Source: Candidatus Undinarchaeota archaeon (GTDB lineage: Archaea > SpSt-1190). Taken from it: a DNA stretch of 23,693 bases. Made by a program: the position numbers and the translations under genes. This document shows positions 15,495 to 23,693 of this stretch, in pieces (the stretch's first letter is position 1; each line of letters starts with the position of its first letter). The notes under the pieces were generated by a model that was not told where the DNA came from, did not search any database, and saw only the letters and a list, made by a program, of their open reading frames with translations. The stretch is taken from positions 1 through 23,693 of the forward strand of contig CAYVAH010000008.1 of the NCBI GenBank assembly GCA_964449215.1. The letters run 5' to 3'.

Positions 15495-16634
15495 GTGAAG
15501 GCCATCGGTCTGCCGGAAGTTGTGATAGTCCTTGGGTTGCTCATAGTTTTAATTGCTGGCTTCCTGCCATCCGGCACACCTTACAGCCCGAAAGAGGTGC
15601 TGATAATGAGCAGGCAGGTCGGGCCCCTCGGCTCGGAGGGATTCGACTATCAGCACATAAAGCTGGCGGACAACCTCGTGCTTTCCAAGGGTGTCGAGGG
15701 AGCACCCCTGCTCACACAGACCGGACCGATAGAGGTCGCCAAGGGGTTGATAACCTCACAAGAGCATGTGGTGGACTTTTCAATACCCGAACACGTGATG
15801 AACAAGCTGGGCTCGGCTTCCCTCAGCTTCAGGGTGGTTGATACCAACGGTTACGGCCCCCTGAAAATCACACTGAGCGGGAAAGAAGTGTGGTCCGATT
15901 ACCTCGGCAGGGGGGAAACAGCGGACGTTGACCTGCCTGTCGGGCAGCTCTCCACAAAAAACACCATCAGGATCGAAGCAGGTTCATCAGGGTGGAGAAT
16001 CTGGTCCCCCACATACTACATACTCGAGAACCTGCAAATAAAGGAGAGACTTACCTCCGGTGAGGAAAAGAGCTTCGAGTTCGAATTGAGCCAGGACCAG
16101 CTGGACAAGTTCTACAAGGGCAGGGTGTATATAGGGAATGTCAAGCCCGTAATATCAGGAGAGATGGCGATAATTCTGAATGGGGAACACATAATATTCA
16201 GGGGGGTTCCGGGGAAGGGAAGTGTGATAAACAGCTTTTCCTCGGGTGTTAAGGACAAAAACGAGCTTACATTCAAGATGCTTGAGGATGGGTACTATGA
16301 AATGAGCAACCTGGAGGTGATAGTATTCACGTCCTCAAACACGAGCGCCGGTTTTTCCTCCAGTTTCATCATACCAGTGGATGACCTTGCAAGGATGAGG
16401 TCGGGAGAGGAAGAAGGGGTCGTGGAGATTGAGGTCCTTGAAAGCTCGGACCTGCCCCTGGAGGTCACACTCTCCGGGGAGAAAGAGACCAGACTTTACA
16501 GCGGCGTTGCCGGGGAGGGAAAGCTGGTGCTGAAGTTCACGGGATATGAAGCTGCCAAAGACAACACCCTGGTAATAAGCAGTATGGGTAAATACAACAT
16601 AGGAACAGTTAGTGTCAAGCTGGTGAGGAAATGA
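15495..16634 (+). CDS. Membrane-anchored/exported beta-rich protein with three ~100-aa repeats and a possible class III signal peptide
   Basis: N-terminus 'MKA|IGLPEVVIVLGLLIVLIAGFL'. Repeated 'L.I.L[SN]G' and '[KD]N[TE][IL]' motifs. ATGA overlap with the lipoprotein gene. Confidence 0.75.
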   Translation: MKAIGLPEVVIVLGLLIVLIAGFLPSGTPYSPKEVLIMSRQVGPLGSEGFDYQHIKLADNLVLSKGVEGAPLLTQTGPIEVAKGLITSQEHVVDFSIPEHVMNKLGSASLSFRVVDTNGYGPLKITLSGKEVWSDYLGRGETADVDLPVGQLSTKNTIRIEAGSSGWRIWSPTYYILENLQIKERLTSGEEKSFEFELSQDQLDKFYKGRVYIGNVKPVISGEMAIILNGEHIIFRGVPGKGSVINSFSSGVKDKNELTFKMLEDGYYEMSNLEVIVFTSSNTSAGFSSSFIIPVDDLARMRSGEEEGVVEIEVLESSDLPLEVTLSGEKETRLYSGVAGEGKLVLKFTGYEAAKDNTLVISSMGKYNIGTVSVKLVRK

Positions 16635-17464
16635 GACTGTATGTTGCCCTGGCGGTGATAGTGCTCCTGGCAGGATGCACAAACAATCAGGGAGGGCTAT
16701 CAGGAGGAACGCCAAAGCAATCCACCGAACAGGGCCCAAAGCCCACAGGGGGGGAGGTCAGTGTCCAGTTTGACGGGCTCCCCGAGACCGTGAATGAGAG
16801 AAGCTACTTCATAATCCGTGTGAGAGCAGAGAAGGACGTGGACGACCTGAAACTCACCCTCTACAATTTTGGCTCCTATCTGAAAAGCTCATGCTCAGGA
16901 ACGAATTACCTCGGAAAAATGCTGGCGGGGCAGAGCAAGGAAATAAGCTGCTCAATAGAGGCGACGGGCATCCCCGTGGAAAACATAAGCCAGGAAATAA
17001 TGTATGAAGCCAGCTACAAGGTGAACGCGGCAGGGCAGGTTTCCTTCAAGGTTTACGACAGTTCTACGTGGGAAGGAAGCGCAGGAGGGACGAACACCGA
17101 CGACCTCGGCGTGGGCTACCTGGAGGTCAGCCCGGCGAATGTCAAGGAGGGTGAAAAAACAGAACTCACCATCAGTCTCAGCGGGGGGCTCTCAGAAGGT
17201 GAAAACTGCAGGTGCTCGGTGGAAAAGCTCACGCTCCGGATTCCCAAGGGATTTTCCATTTCCGGAAGCTCGGAGTGGAGCAGGTCAAGCTGTGGAAACT
17301 TCAACTGCTACGAAAAGCGCAACCTGGACACCCCGTTCCAGGACAGACTTGAACTTTCAATCATAGGGGTCACAAAAACCGAGACATTCTATGTCAGCGC
17401 AGAAGTGGAGGGAGCCTGGAAGGCCACCAGCGGCTCCGAAACAGTGAGTGTCCCCGCCAGCTAA
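16631..17464 (+). CDS. Putative lipoprotein with Ig-like beta domains
   Basis: Signal peptide with lipobox 'VIVLLAG|C', G/T/P/Q linker, beta-strand-rich body with six further Cys. Confidence 0.8.
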   Translation: MRLYVALAVIVLLAGCTNNQGGLSGGTPKQSTEQGPKPTGGEVSVQFDGLPETVNERSYFIIRVRAEKDVDDLKLTLYNFGSYLKSSCSGTNYLGKMLAGQSKEISCSIEATGIPVENISQEIMYEASYKVNAAGQVSFKVYDSSTWEGSAGGTNTDDLGVGYLEVSPANVKEGEKTELTISLSGGLSEGENCRCSVEKLTLRIPKGFSISGSSEWSRSSCGNFNCYEKRNLDTPFQDRLELSIIGVTKTETFYVSAEVEGAWKATSGSETVSVPAS

Positions 17465-18990
17465 AGGAACGCCTCGTGGATGTCCTTTAGCTCCCCCTTG
17501 GACTTTTTCATATGCTCCTCAAATTCCTTTGCCCTCTTCTCCATGTCGGAGGACTTCTTTTCCCAGCTCTCCCTTTCCCGGACCCTCAGGAACACAGGAT
17601 GCCTCACAGCCTCACCAACTATAAGGGCCTCCCCGACCTGCAGTGTCGTGAGCGACTTCTCGGTCCTCCCCGTTATTCCCTCACTGCTCTGCCCTATATG
17701 CTTCAGGTCATAAGGGTTCGTAATTCTCATTATAATGTGGGTGTTGCACTGACTCAGGACCGTGGTGCTGAGCCTGATCGGTCTTTGCGAGATTACCACA
17801 AGGGAACACAGGAATTTTCTTCCCTCCCTGGCTATGGTCTTGAAAACCGCCTTGGTCGGTGCCTCCTCCTGGCTTACGCCCTCCGGTATGAAATTGTGGG
17901 CTTCCTCAACGAACATGACAAGGGGAGGAATCTGCTCGGACCACCGGAGCCTGAAAAGCTCCTTGGAAAGCCAGAGAACTATGAAATCCCTGTCCCTCTT
18001 TCTTATCCTGCCGGAAAGGTCGAATATGACCGCCTTCCCGGGGACTATGAGGTCTATGAGGCGGTTGTGTTCCTCCTGCTCCCCCGGCCGCTTGGTGACA
18101 AGGTCCTCGGAAGCTGCAAAAAGCCCGGTAGCGTGCAGACCCATAAGCCAGCGGACAAGGGCAGCCTTAGTCTTTGGCGGCATCCCCCTCGCCTTCACCT
18201 CCTCTGCCAGCTCTTTGAAGTCATAGGCCCTGCCCCGGAGCTCACGTATAACCTTGTCAAGTTCCGCCACCTGGACACTGGTCAGGGTGGTGAAGGCACT
18301 TATTTCCCTGGCAGAAAGTTCCGGGACGGGTATCCTGATGTCAACAACCGCCACAGCCCTATCCGAAAAATCCTTGTATCCCTTGGGCGGTTTCTCCGCC
18401 ATACAGGAGTATTCCCCGTGGACATCAAACACCACAACCGCCACTCTCCCATCCTCCTTTTTCCTCTTCAGGAGCTCCTCAATAAGCACACTGGTAAGGT
18501 AACTCTTTCCAGCACCCGACATTGCTAAGATGGCAAGATGCTTCTGAAAGGTCTTCCCGAGACCGAGCCGGACATCCACATCGTGGTGGAGAACCTTCCC
18601 TATATTCAGCCCGTTTTTCTCAAAACCGAGGAAGCGGGAGAGCAGCTCCTCCGACACCTCCTCCACAATGTCCCCGGGACTGGGAGGAACGGTGGGCCTC
18701 ATCACCCGCCCGTTGGAAATTATCCCGAGCGGAACAGCCTCACCCATCAGGAACTCCCATTCGTCAACCCGGAAGAGCTGTTCGAGGTTGTCCGTTTCCA
18801 CGACCATCTCCGGATTGGCATAGTAGCGGTTCGTTTTGATTATGTTCTCGACAAGTGCCACCATCGTCCCTTCTTCGGTCTTGACGCAGGCAAACTGGTC
18901 CTTGCTGACTTTCTTGCCCTTGGATATCGCAAATGCGAAAAATGTCGGACTCGGACCCGTCGGGGTGGATATCACCTTCCCTATTTCCAC
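17461..18990 (-). CDS. herA: HerA DNA translocase/helicase (HAS barrel + FtsK/HerA ATPase)
   Basis: N-terminal HAS barrel ending 'PPSPGD', 'HLAILAMSGAGKS' (Walker A), 'FDVHGEY', 'VEEAHNF' (Walker B), 'IAREGRKF', 'SQRP', 'SQCNT'. Confidence 0.93.
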   Translation of the reverse strand: MEIGKVISTPTGPSPTFFAFAISKGKKVSKDQFACVKTEEGTMVALVENIIKTNRYYANPEMVVETDNLEQLFRVDEWEFLMGEAVPLGIISNGRVMRPTVPPSPGDIVEEVSEELLSRFLGFEKNGLNIGKVLHHDVDVRLGLGKTFQKHLAILAMSGAGKSYLTSVLIEELLKRKKEDGRVAVVVFDVHGEYSCMAEKPPKGYKDFSDRAVAVVDIRIPVPELSAREISAFTTLTSVQVAELDKVIRELRGRAYDFKELAEEVKARGMPPKTKAALVRWLMGLHATGLFAASEDLVTKRPGEQEEHNRLIDLIVPGKAVIFDLSGRIRKRDRDFIVLWLSKELFRLRWSEQIPPLVMFVEEAHNFIPEGVSQEEAPTKAVFKTIAREGRKFLCSLVVISQRPIRLSTTVLSQCNTHIIMRITNPYDLKHIGQSSEGITGRTEKSLTTLQVGEALIVGEAVRHPVFLRVRERESWEKKSSDMEKRAKEFEEHMKKSKGELKDIHEAFL

Positions 18991-19009
18991 TCCATAAAAT
19001 GGGGGACTC

Positions 19010-19018
19010 TTTTAAAAA
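19010..19018 (-). promoter_or_regulatory. TATA box TTTTTAAAA in the nurA-herA gap (internal herA promoter)
   Basis: First T at -28 from the herA GTG at 18990. Confidence 0.5.
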
Positions 19019-19037
19019 CCTGTGCGGTGGCCTGCCA

Positions 19038-20090
19038 CTAAATCTGGCGGTTCTCCCTTCTGAGACTCATAACCAGAGGGGAGCGGGAGTGGGAAAACAG
19101 CATGCGCTGTATGTAGTGCATGTAGTGCTGTTTCAGTTTCGCTCTTGCATCCGCCTCGACAAGCACGGAAGGAAGCCCATAACGCGGGAACGCCGCTATT
19201 CCGTAAGTGAGTGATGCCACTGTCTTGGCATCCTCTCCCGGGTTCCCGGAGAGAAACTCAACCCGCAGGGGGCGGTCATACTTCGCTGTCTTGATGTAGA
19301 AGGCAAACACCCTGTCCTTGTAGTTGAGGTCCTGTATGTTTGGAATCTTGAAGGTGAAGGTCCTCTCACCCGGATTCAGCGCATCGAAGAGCAGAGCGGT
19401 ATCGCGGAACACCACCCCGGAGAACTCCTTGCTGTTGGGCAGATTTGGAACTATCTTGTTGAAGAGAACCGAAGCAAAATATCCGCTCCTGCTGTCCTCC
19501 ACAATACCCACGAGCCCGGTCCCCCTCTCCGCGCATGAACTCGCCAGCAGATTGTAGAGACCCACCACTTCCATATAGAGCTTCTTCAGCCCAGACCCCT
19601 TGGCAACTCTGGTGCTTGGGTGGGGGTAGAGAGGCCCGTCCATCATTATGAAGTCTGGCGAGGCTTTCTCGACAACCTCAACAGCCCTGGACACTTCCTC
19701 TCTCATCCTGTAAAGGGATGCAACTGTTATCAGTTCACCGTCGCTCGAAGAGCTCAGTTCTGATATGAAGGGAACCTTCTGCGGGAAGACCTTGCTCCCG
19801 ACAACCTTTCCCTCTTTGTAATCAAAAACCACCCCAACCGCACGGGTTACCACAACGTCGATACCGTGAAAGCTCCTGGTCAGAAGACCACCATCGACCC
19901 CTGCAACACTGCAAGTGGGCCTCGCTTTCTTCACCTTGTTTATGATGGAGTCATCAGTGAGATTGCCCACCTTGAACTTCAACTTCCCCACAGACCTCAG
20001 GGCGTTGCTGGTCCTCCTCCTCTGATTCTCCATGGCTCCGACCCTGCTGGCTATCTTACCTATTGCGGACTTCAGAGTGGAAAGCTCCAC
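19038..20090 (-). CDS. nurA: NurA 5'-3' nuclease
   Basis: 'VAGVDGG', 'MMDGPL', 'LVGIVEDS', 'DTALLF..LNPGERT', 'PLRVE', 'YGLPSVLVEADARA'. Adjacent to herA. Confidence 0.9.
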   Translation of the reverse strand: MELSTLKSAIGKIASRVGAMENQRRRTSNALRSVGKLKFKVGNLTDDSIINKVKKARPTCSVAGVDGGLLTRSFHGIDVVVTRAVGVVFDYKEGKVVGSKVFPQKVPFISELSSSSDGELITVASLYRMREEVSRAVEVVEKASPDFIMMDGPLYPHPSTRVAKGSGLKKLYMEVVGLYNLLASSCAERGTGLVGIVEDSRSGYFASVLFNKIVPNLPNSKEFSGVVFRDTALLFDALNPGERTFTFKIPNIQDLNYKDRVFAFYIKTAKYDRPLRVEFLSGNPGEDAKTVASLTYGIAAFPRYGLPSVLVEADARAKLKQHYMHYIQRMLFSHSRSPLVMSLRRENRQI

Positions 20091-22693
20091 TATATGACCT
20101 CCTCTTCAGGAGCCGCTTCAGGGGTTCCCTTAATTTTCGGAAGGAGAAACTTCCAGAAAACCACCCCGAAGACCCCGACCAGCAGGGCAATAATCACATA
20201 GACGCCGATACCGCCCCCCTCCCCCTCCGAAACACTGAATATTATGTTCTCCGCCCTCCTTAGCTCCAGCTTCGCCTGGCTCATCTCATTCTGCGCCACC
20301 GCTTCCCTGGCAGCCCTCAGGTAACGCCTGGCATCGATGTATGACTTCTCGTCGAGCCTTTCCTTCCGGTCTTCCAGAAGTCCCTCGTCTTCAACAATCC
20401 TGTCAAGGAGGGTGTTCGCCTCTGAACTGACAAAAATGTCGAAGCTCTTCTTCGCAACATAGTCCGGGAAACTCTCCGAATACGCTGTGAGGGTAACATA
20501 TTCACTTCCACTGGTGGAAGAAGGAGGAGCCACCTTCAGGGTTATGGTTGCCTCCCCGCCCTCCGTTGCTACCCTTTCAGGAACCTCAACCCAGCTCGGG
20601 GCCTCCACTGACAGCCTGAAAGTATCATCCATTCCCCCCGTCCTCAGGGTTATGTTGAAGTAATTTTCAGACCCGGGGGAGACGGCATACTCGCTGTCAG
20701 CAACAATCTCAGGGTCAAAATTCCCTATCTCCAGGGTGATGGGAAACCTGAGGTTGTATGTCCTTGTCTTGATTTCTATGAACGCCTGGAGCTCTTCAGC
20801 CTCAAAATATTCGGGAGGTCGGACCCTCACCTCAACCTCTTTCGTGGAGTCGGCAGGGAGATAAACGAACGAAGGAACATAAATCACATCAGTGCTCGGC
20901 TCGAGGTCAGCCTCGAAAGACTCCCCGGCGTTGTTCTTCAACTTGTATGTCACAAACACCGAGCTCCCGGATATCGCCTTGAGCTCCGAGGGACCTATGA
21001 ACTCAATCACCTTCGGCCCCGTTACGGGGAGAGTCTTCGGCACGTCCTTCTGCTGGAGGGTCTCCGTGTCCATCGAAAAAAGGTGGAGCTCAACGGTGTC
21101 CACACTCGAGCAGCTCTCGGACATGCGCTCCCCGACATCCTCCAGCAACCCGTCCAAGTCAACATTGTACAGGTAGAGGTCCTCCCTCAGGGAACGGAAA
21201 TACTCCACCCCGCGCTGGTCCTGCCATCCCTCAATCAGCCTGTCGATGATAAGGGAGAGCCGGTCGGCACTTGTAAAAAGTTTTGAAGCGCTTTCGGATG
21301 TCATTTTCAGTTTCTCCCCTTCAACCAGGTCCCCAAACTTCTGAAGTGTCGCGACAGTTTCGTTGCTCATCTCTGAGCTCAGGTAATACACGGCGTTCCC
21401 GAGCATAAGAAGTTTCCGCCCGGCGTTGAAGGCCATGGAGTCCGCTTCGGACATCGCACACGAACCCCCAACATCGAATGATACTGTCGCCTTGTTTATC
21501 TCACCAATCCTCACGGGCATTGACCCGAACCCATCCCTTATCAGCAGAGCAGGTTCGGTGAAAACATAATAGTAGAGCCGGGGTGAAACGGTCCCTGAAG
21601 CCACTGCCACGACTGAAAGGTTGTTCCGGCCGTATGCCTGGATATTCTGTATATCCCGGATGGAGACGTCCATTGTGCTGAGCTTCTCGGGGGACAGCTC
21701 AATGCTGTAACTCTTCGTAATGTTGGAGAAGCGGGAACTGACATTCATGTGGATTGCGGCGGAGCCAACCTGAAGCTCCGGGACAGTATATGACAGGGAA
21801 AGCTCCCTGTCCTGCCCCCTATCCAGGGAACCGGGGTCAGTTATGGAGTATTCCCAGCCAATCGGTGCATCCACAGAAACATCGTAACTGTCGGAAAGAT
21901 AACCGGTGTTCTTCAGAACAAGTGTTGCTGTGTAGCTCTCTCCCGGCCGAAAATCAGGAACCTGGGGGAGCTCCAGATCAAAGTCAAAGAACTCGAACAG
22001 TTTGAACTCCTTGAAGAACGAAGCGTCATCGGTGTATGCCACCAGATAAACGGTATAGAGTCCGGAGGCGACATCGAAGCTGTCATACCGGAGCTTGCTG
22101 CTCTTCGAAACTGGCTCATCCGGGGAAACAACAGCATACGATGACTCAAATAGCTCGGAATCGGAAAAAACTGAGAAATACACCCTCACTTCCTCCGCAG
22201 AGCTTATGTTGTAGAGAAACCTGCCGGAAATGGGGTCAAACACCACGTTGCCCTGAACATCGAGGCTGGTGTCCTCAACCCTCTTTGAGTCATTGACCTC
22301 CCATTCAAGCTGGCTGCATCTTGGAAGACCATCGCTGCCATTTGCAACAACCCTCATGGAAAAATCGTTCTCAGAATATCCAAAAGGGATGAAAAAGCTG
22401 TAGTTCACGGAGGAGCGGAGGGGAAGAGTTGATGGATAATCAAATCCGGGTATCAGGGGACGCTCGTAACCCGCAAAACTCGCAGTGGAATAGGAGGGAA
22501 GATACTCCAAGAAATCCACCCCCGGCTCCACCTGAACAATCAGAATTCCCGAGCTTGCCCTGTATGAGGCATTACTCCCGTATATGAGGAAGTCAGTATA
22601 GAGGTCGTCTGTGCACCTGTCCTGCCAGTAGTCCCAGTTGTAGGTAAATGCCGCAACGGGCAATAGCAACAGCGCCGCCACAAGATATTTCAC
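20090..22693 (-). CDS. Large acidic cell-surface protein (867 aa): signal peptide, Ig-like (NEW3/CARDB-like) domains, helical stalk, C-terminal TM anchor
   Basis: Start 'MKYLVAALLLLPVAAF' (GTG 1 nt after the rfcS stop), 'PGESYTATLVLKNTGYLSDSYDVSVDAPIGW', 'LKNNAGE', 'SPGSENYFNITLRTGG..D.F.LSVEAPSW', C-terminal 'GIGVYVIIALLVGVFGVVFWKFLLPKIK', several N-x-S/T sequons. Confidence 0.8.
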   Translation of the reverse strand: MKYLVAALLLLPVAAFTYNWDYWQDRCTDDLYTDFLIYGSNASYRASSGILIVQVEPGVDFLEYLPSYSTASFAGYERPLIPGFDYPSTLPLRSSVNYSFFIPFGYSENDFSMRVVANGSDGLPRCSQLEWEVNDSKRVEDTSLDVQGNVVFDPISGRFLYNISSAEEVRVYFSVFSDSELFESSYAVVSPDEPVSKSSKLRYDSFDVASGLYTVYLVAYTDDASFFKEFKLFEFFDFDLELPQVPDFRPGESYTATLVLKNTGYLSDSYDVSVDAPIGWEYSITDPGSLDRGQDRELSLSYTVPELQVGSAAIHMNVSSRFSNITKSYSIELSPEKLSTMDVSIRDIQNIQAYGRNNLSVVAVASGTVSPRLYYYVFTEPALLIRDGFGSMPVRIGEINKATVSFDVGGSCAMSEADSMAFNAGRKLLMLGNAVYYLSSEMSNETVATLQKFGDLVEGEKLKMTSESASKLFTSADRLSLIIDRLIEGWQDQRGVEYFRSLREDLYLYNVDLDGLLEDVGERMSESCSSVDTVELHLFSMDTETLQQKDVPKTLPVTGPKVIEFIGPSELKAISGSSVFVTYKLKNNAGESFEADLEPSTDVIYVPSFVYLPADSTKEVEVRVRPPEYFEAEELQAFIEIKTRTYNLRFPITLEIGNFDPEIVADSEYAVSPGSENYFNITLRTGGMDDTFRLSVEAPSWVEVPERVATEGGEATITLKVAPPSSTSGSEYVTLTAYSESFPDYVAKKSFDIFVSSEANTLLDRIVEDEGLLEDRKERLDEKSYIDARRYLRAAREAVAQNEMSQAKLELRRAENIIFSVSEGEGGGIGVYVIIALLVGVFGVVFWKFLLPKIKGTPEAAPEEEVI

Positions 22694-22694
22694 T

Positions 22695-23651
22695 TCACCG
22701 CCTCCAGGAAGCCAGGCGAGCCAGGAGCGCATCGAGCTGTATCAGCTCTGTCGCCCCCTCCAGCATACGGAACTCATACTCACCTATGATATTTATCAGC
22801 TCCGCCTTCTGGGCATCCGGGAGCTCACTACCGAGTATGCAGGAATGAATCTCCTTCAGTATGAGGTCCGCAGAAAGTCCCCTCCCAACCATCAGCTCGA
22901 GGAGTTTTTCCCTGGACTTCATAAACTCCCCTTTCAATGCCAGTTCCACGACCCCCCAGACCTCCTTGGGTCTCGCGCGGGAAGAAACCCCGTAAATGTC
23001 CTCGTCCGTGATTGACGGCCCGGAAGCCGCAGCGGACTGAAGGAGGTTTATGGCATATCTGGCATCCCCCGAGGCTATATCCACTATTGCCTTGAAACCG
23101 GAATCACTCACGCTTAACCCCTCTGCCCTCGCAATTCTCTCCAGCATCTTCACCAGCTCCCTGTCACCAAAGTTCTTGAAACGGAACACCACAGTCCGTG
23201 ACTGAATCGGCTCTATTATCTTGCTGGCGTAGTTGCAGCTCAGCACGAACCGACAGGTCTCACTGAACTTCTCCATCGTCCGGCGCAGGGCCTGCTGAGC
23301 ATCCTTGGTCAATGCGTCAGCCTCGTCCAGGAAGATAATTTTGAACTCCCCACCCAGGGGCTTTGTGCGGGCGAAATCCTTGACCTTTATACGAATCACA
23401 TCTATCCCGCGCTCGTCACTGGCATTCAGCTCGAGGTAGTTGTCCCTCCAGTGCTCCCCAAAAAGCTCCCTGGCGAGGCATATCGCGGCGGTGGTCTTGC
23501 CCACACCGGGGGGACCGGCAAAGAGCATGTGAGGTATGGAGCGGTCAGACACGAAAGCCCGCAGCCGGGAAACTATATGCTCCTGGTCAACCATATCCTC
23601 AAGCTTCAAGGGGCGGTATTTCTCCGTCCAGATCTGGGTGAAATCAGCCAT
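22695..23651 (-). CDS. rfcS: Replication factor C small subunit (no intein)
   Basis: 'WTEKYRP', 'GPPGVGKT', 'ELNASDERGIDVIR', 'LDEADALT..AQQALRRTME', 'IIEPIQSR'. T-run/TAAT box about -26 to -30 from ATG 23651. Confidence 0.97.
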   Translation of the reverse strand: MADFTQIWTEKYRPLKLEDMVDQEHIVSRLRAFVSDRSIPHMLFAGPPGVGKTTAAICLARELFGEHWRDNYLELNASDERGIDVIRIKVKDFARTKPLGGEFKIIFLDEADALTKDAQQALRRTMEKFSETCRFVLSCNYASKIIEPIQSRTVVFRFKNFGDRELVKMLERIARAEGLSVSDSGFKAIVDIASGDARYAINLLQSAAASGPSITDEDIYGVSSRARPKEVWGVVELALKGEFMKSREKLLELMVGRGLSADLILKEIHSCILGSELPDAQKAELINIIGEYEFRMLEGATELIQLDALLARLASWRR

Positions 23652-23693
23652 GGAGGAATCTCGCACAGGGCATTAAAAAAATACCCGAGAAAC

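Noticed and set aside
17512..18528. 338-aa plus-strand ORF
   Set aside because: Antisense shadow of herA.
22695..23651. Intein in rfcS
   Set aside because: The 318-aa protein is continuous through Walker A and the other motifs, with no insertion.
1..23693. tRNA, rRNA, CRISPR array, IS element or integrase
   Set aside because: Intergenic gaps are at most about 60 bp and no cloverleaf, repeat-spacer pattern or transposase/integrase motif was seen. Small RNAs overlapping genes cannot be excluded by eye.

Overview
Gene-dense archaeal chromosomal segment with about 24 CDS, intergenic gaps mostly under 60 bp and many overlaps. No RNA genes, CRISPR arrays or mobile elements are visible. From left to right: a minus-strand run psmA-SBDS-rrp4-rrp41-rrp42-rps2-MEMO1-dedA (the proteasome/exosome superoperon joined to rps2-MEMO); a small SAM methyltransferase; a CdpB-like PRC-barrel protein; an orphan; alaS; a DHH/DHHA1 phosphoesterase; a coupled operon of a coiled-coil protein, three class III signal peptide (type IV pilin-like) proteins and Bud32; pelota with AMP phosphorylase; a possible fourth class III protein with three internal repeats plus a Cys-rich lipoprotein; and rfcS, a large Ig-like surface protein, nurA and herA, with no mre11/rad50 in the window. 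The compactness and gene content suggest a streamlined, possibly DPANN-type and thermophilic archaeon (inference). The least explained part is about 9.4-22.7 kb, where uncharacterised surface and pilin genes are interleaved with, and in places coupled to, nucleic-acid processing and nucleotide catabolism genes. All family calls come from motif recognition by eye; no searches were run.
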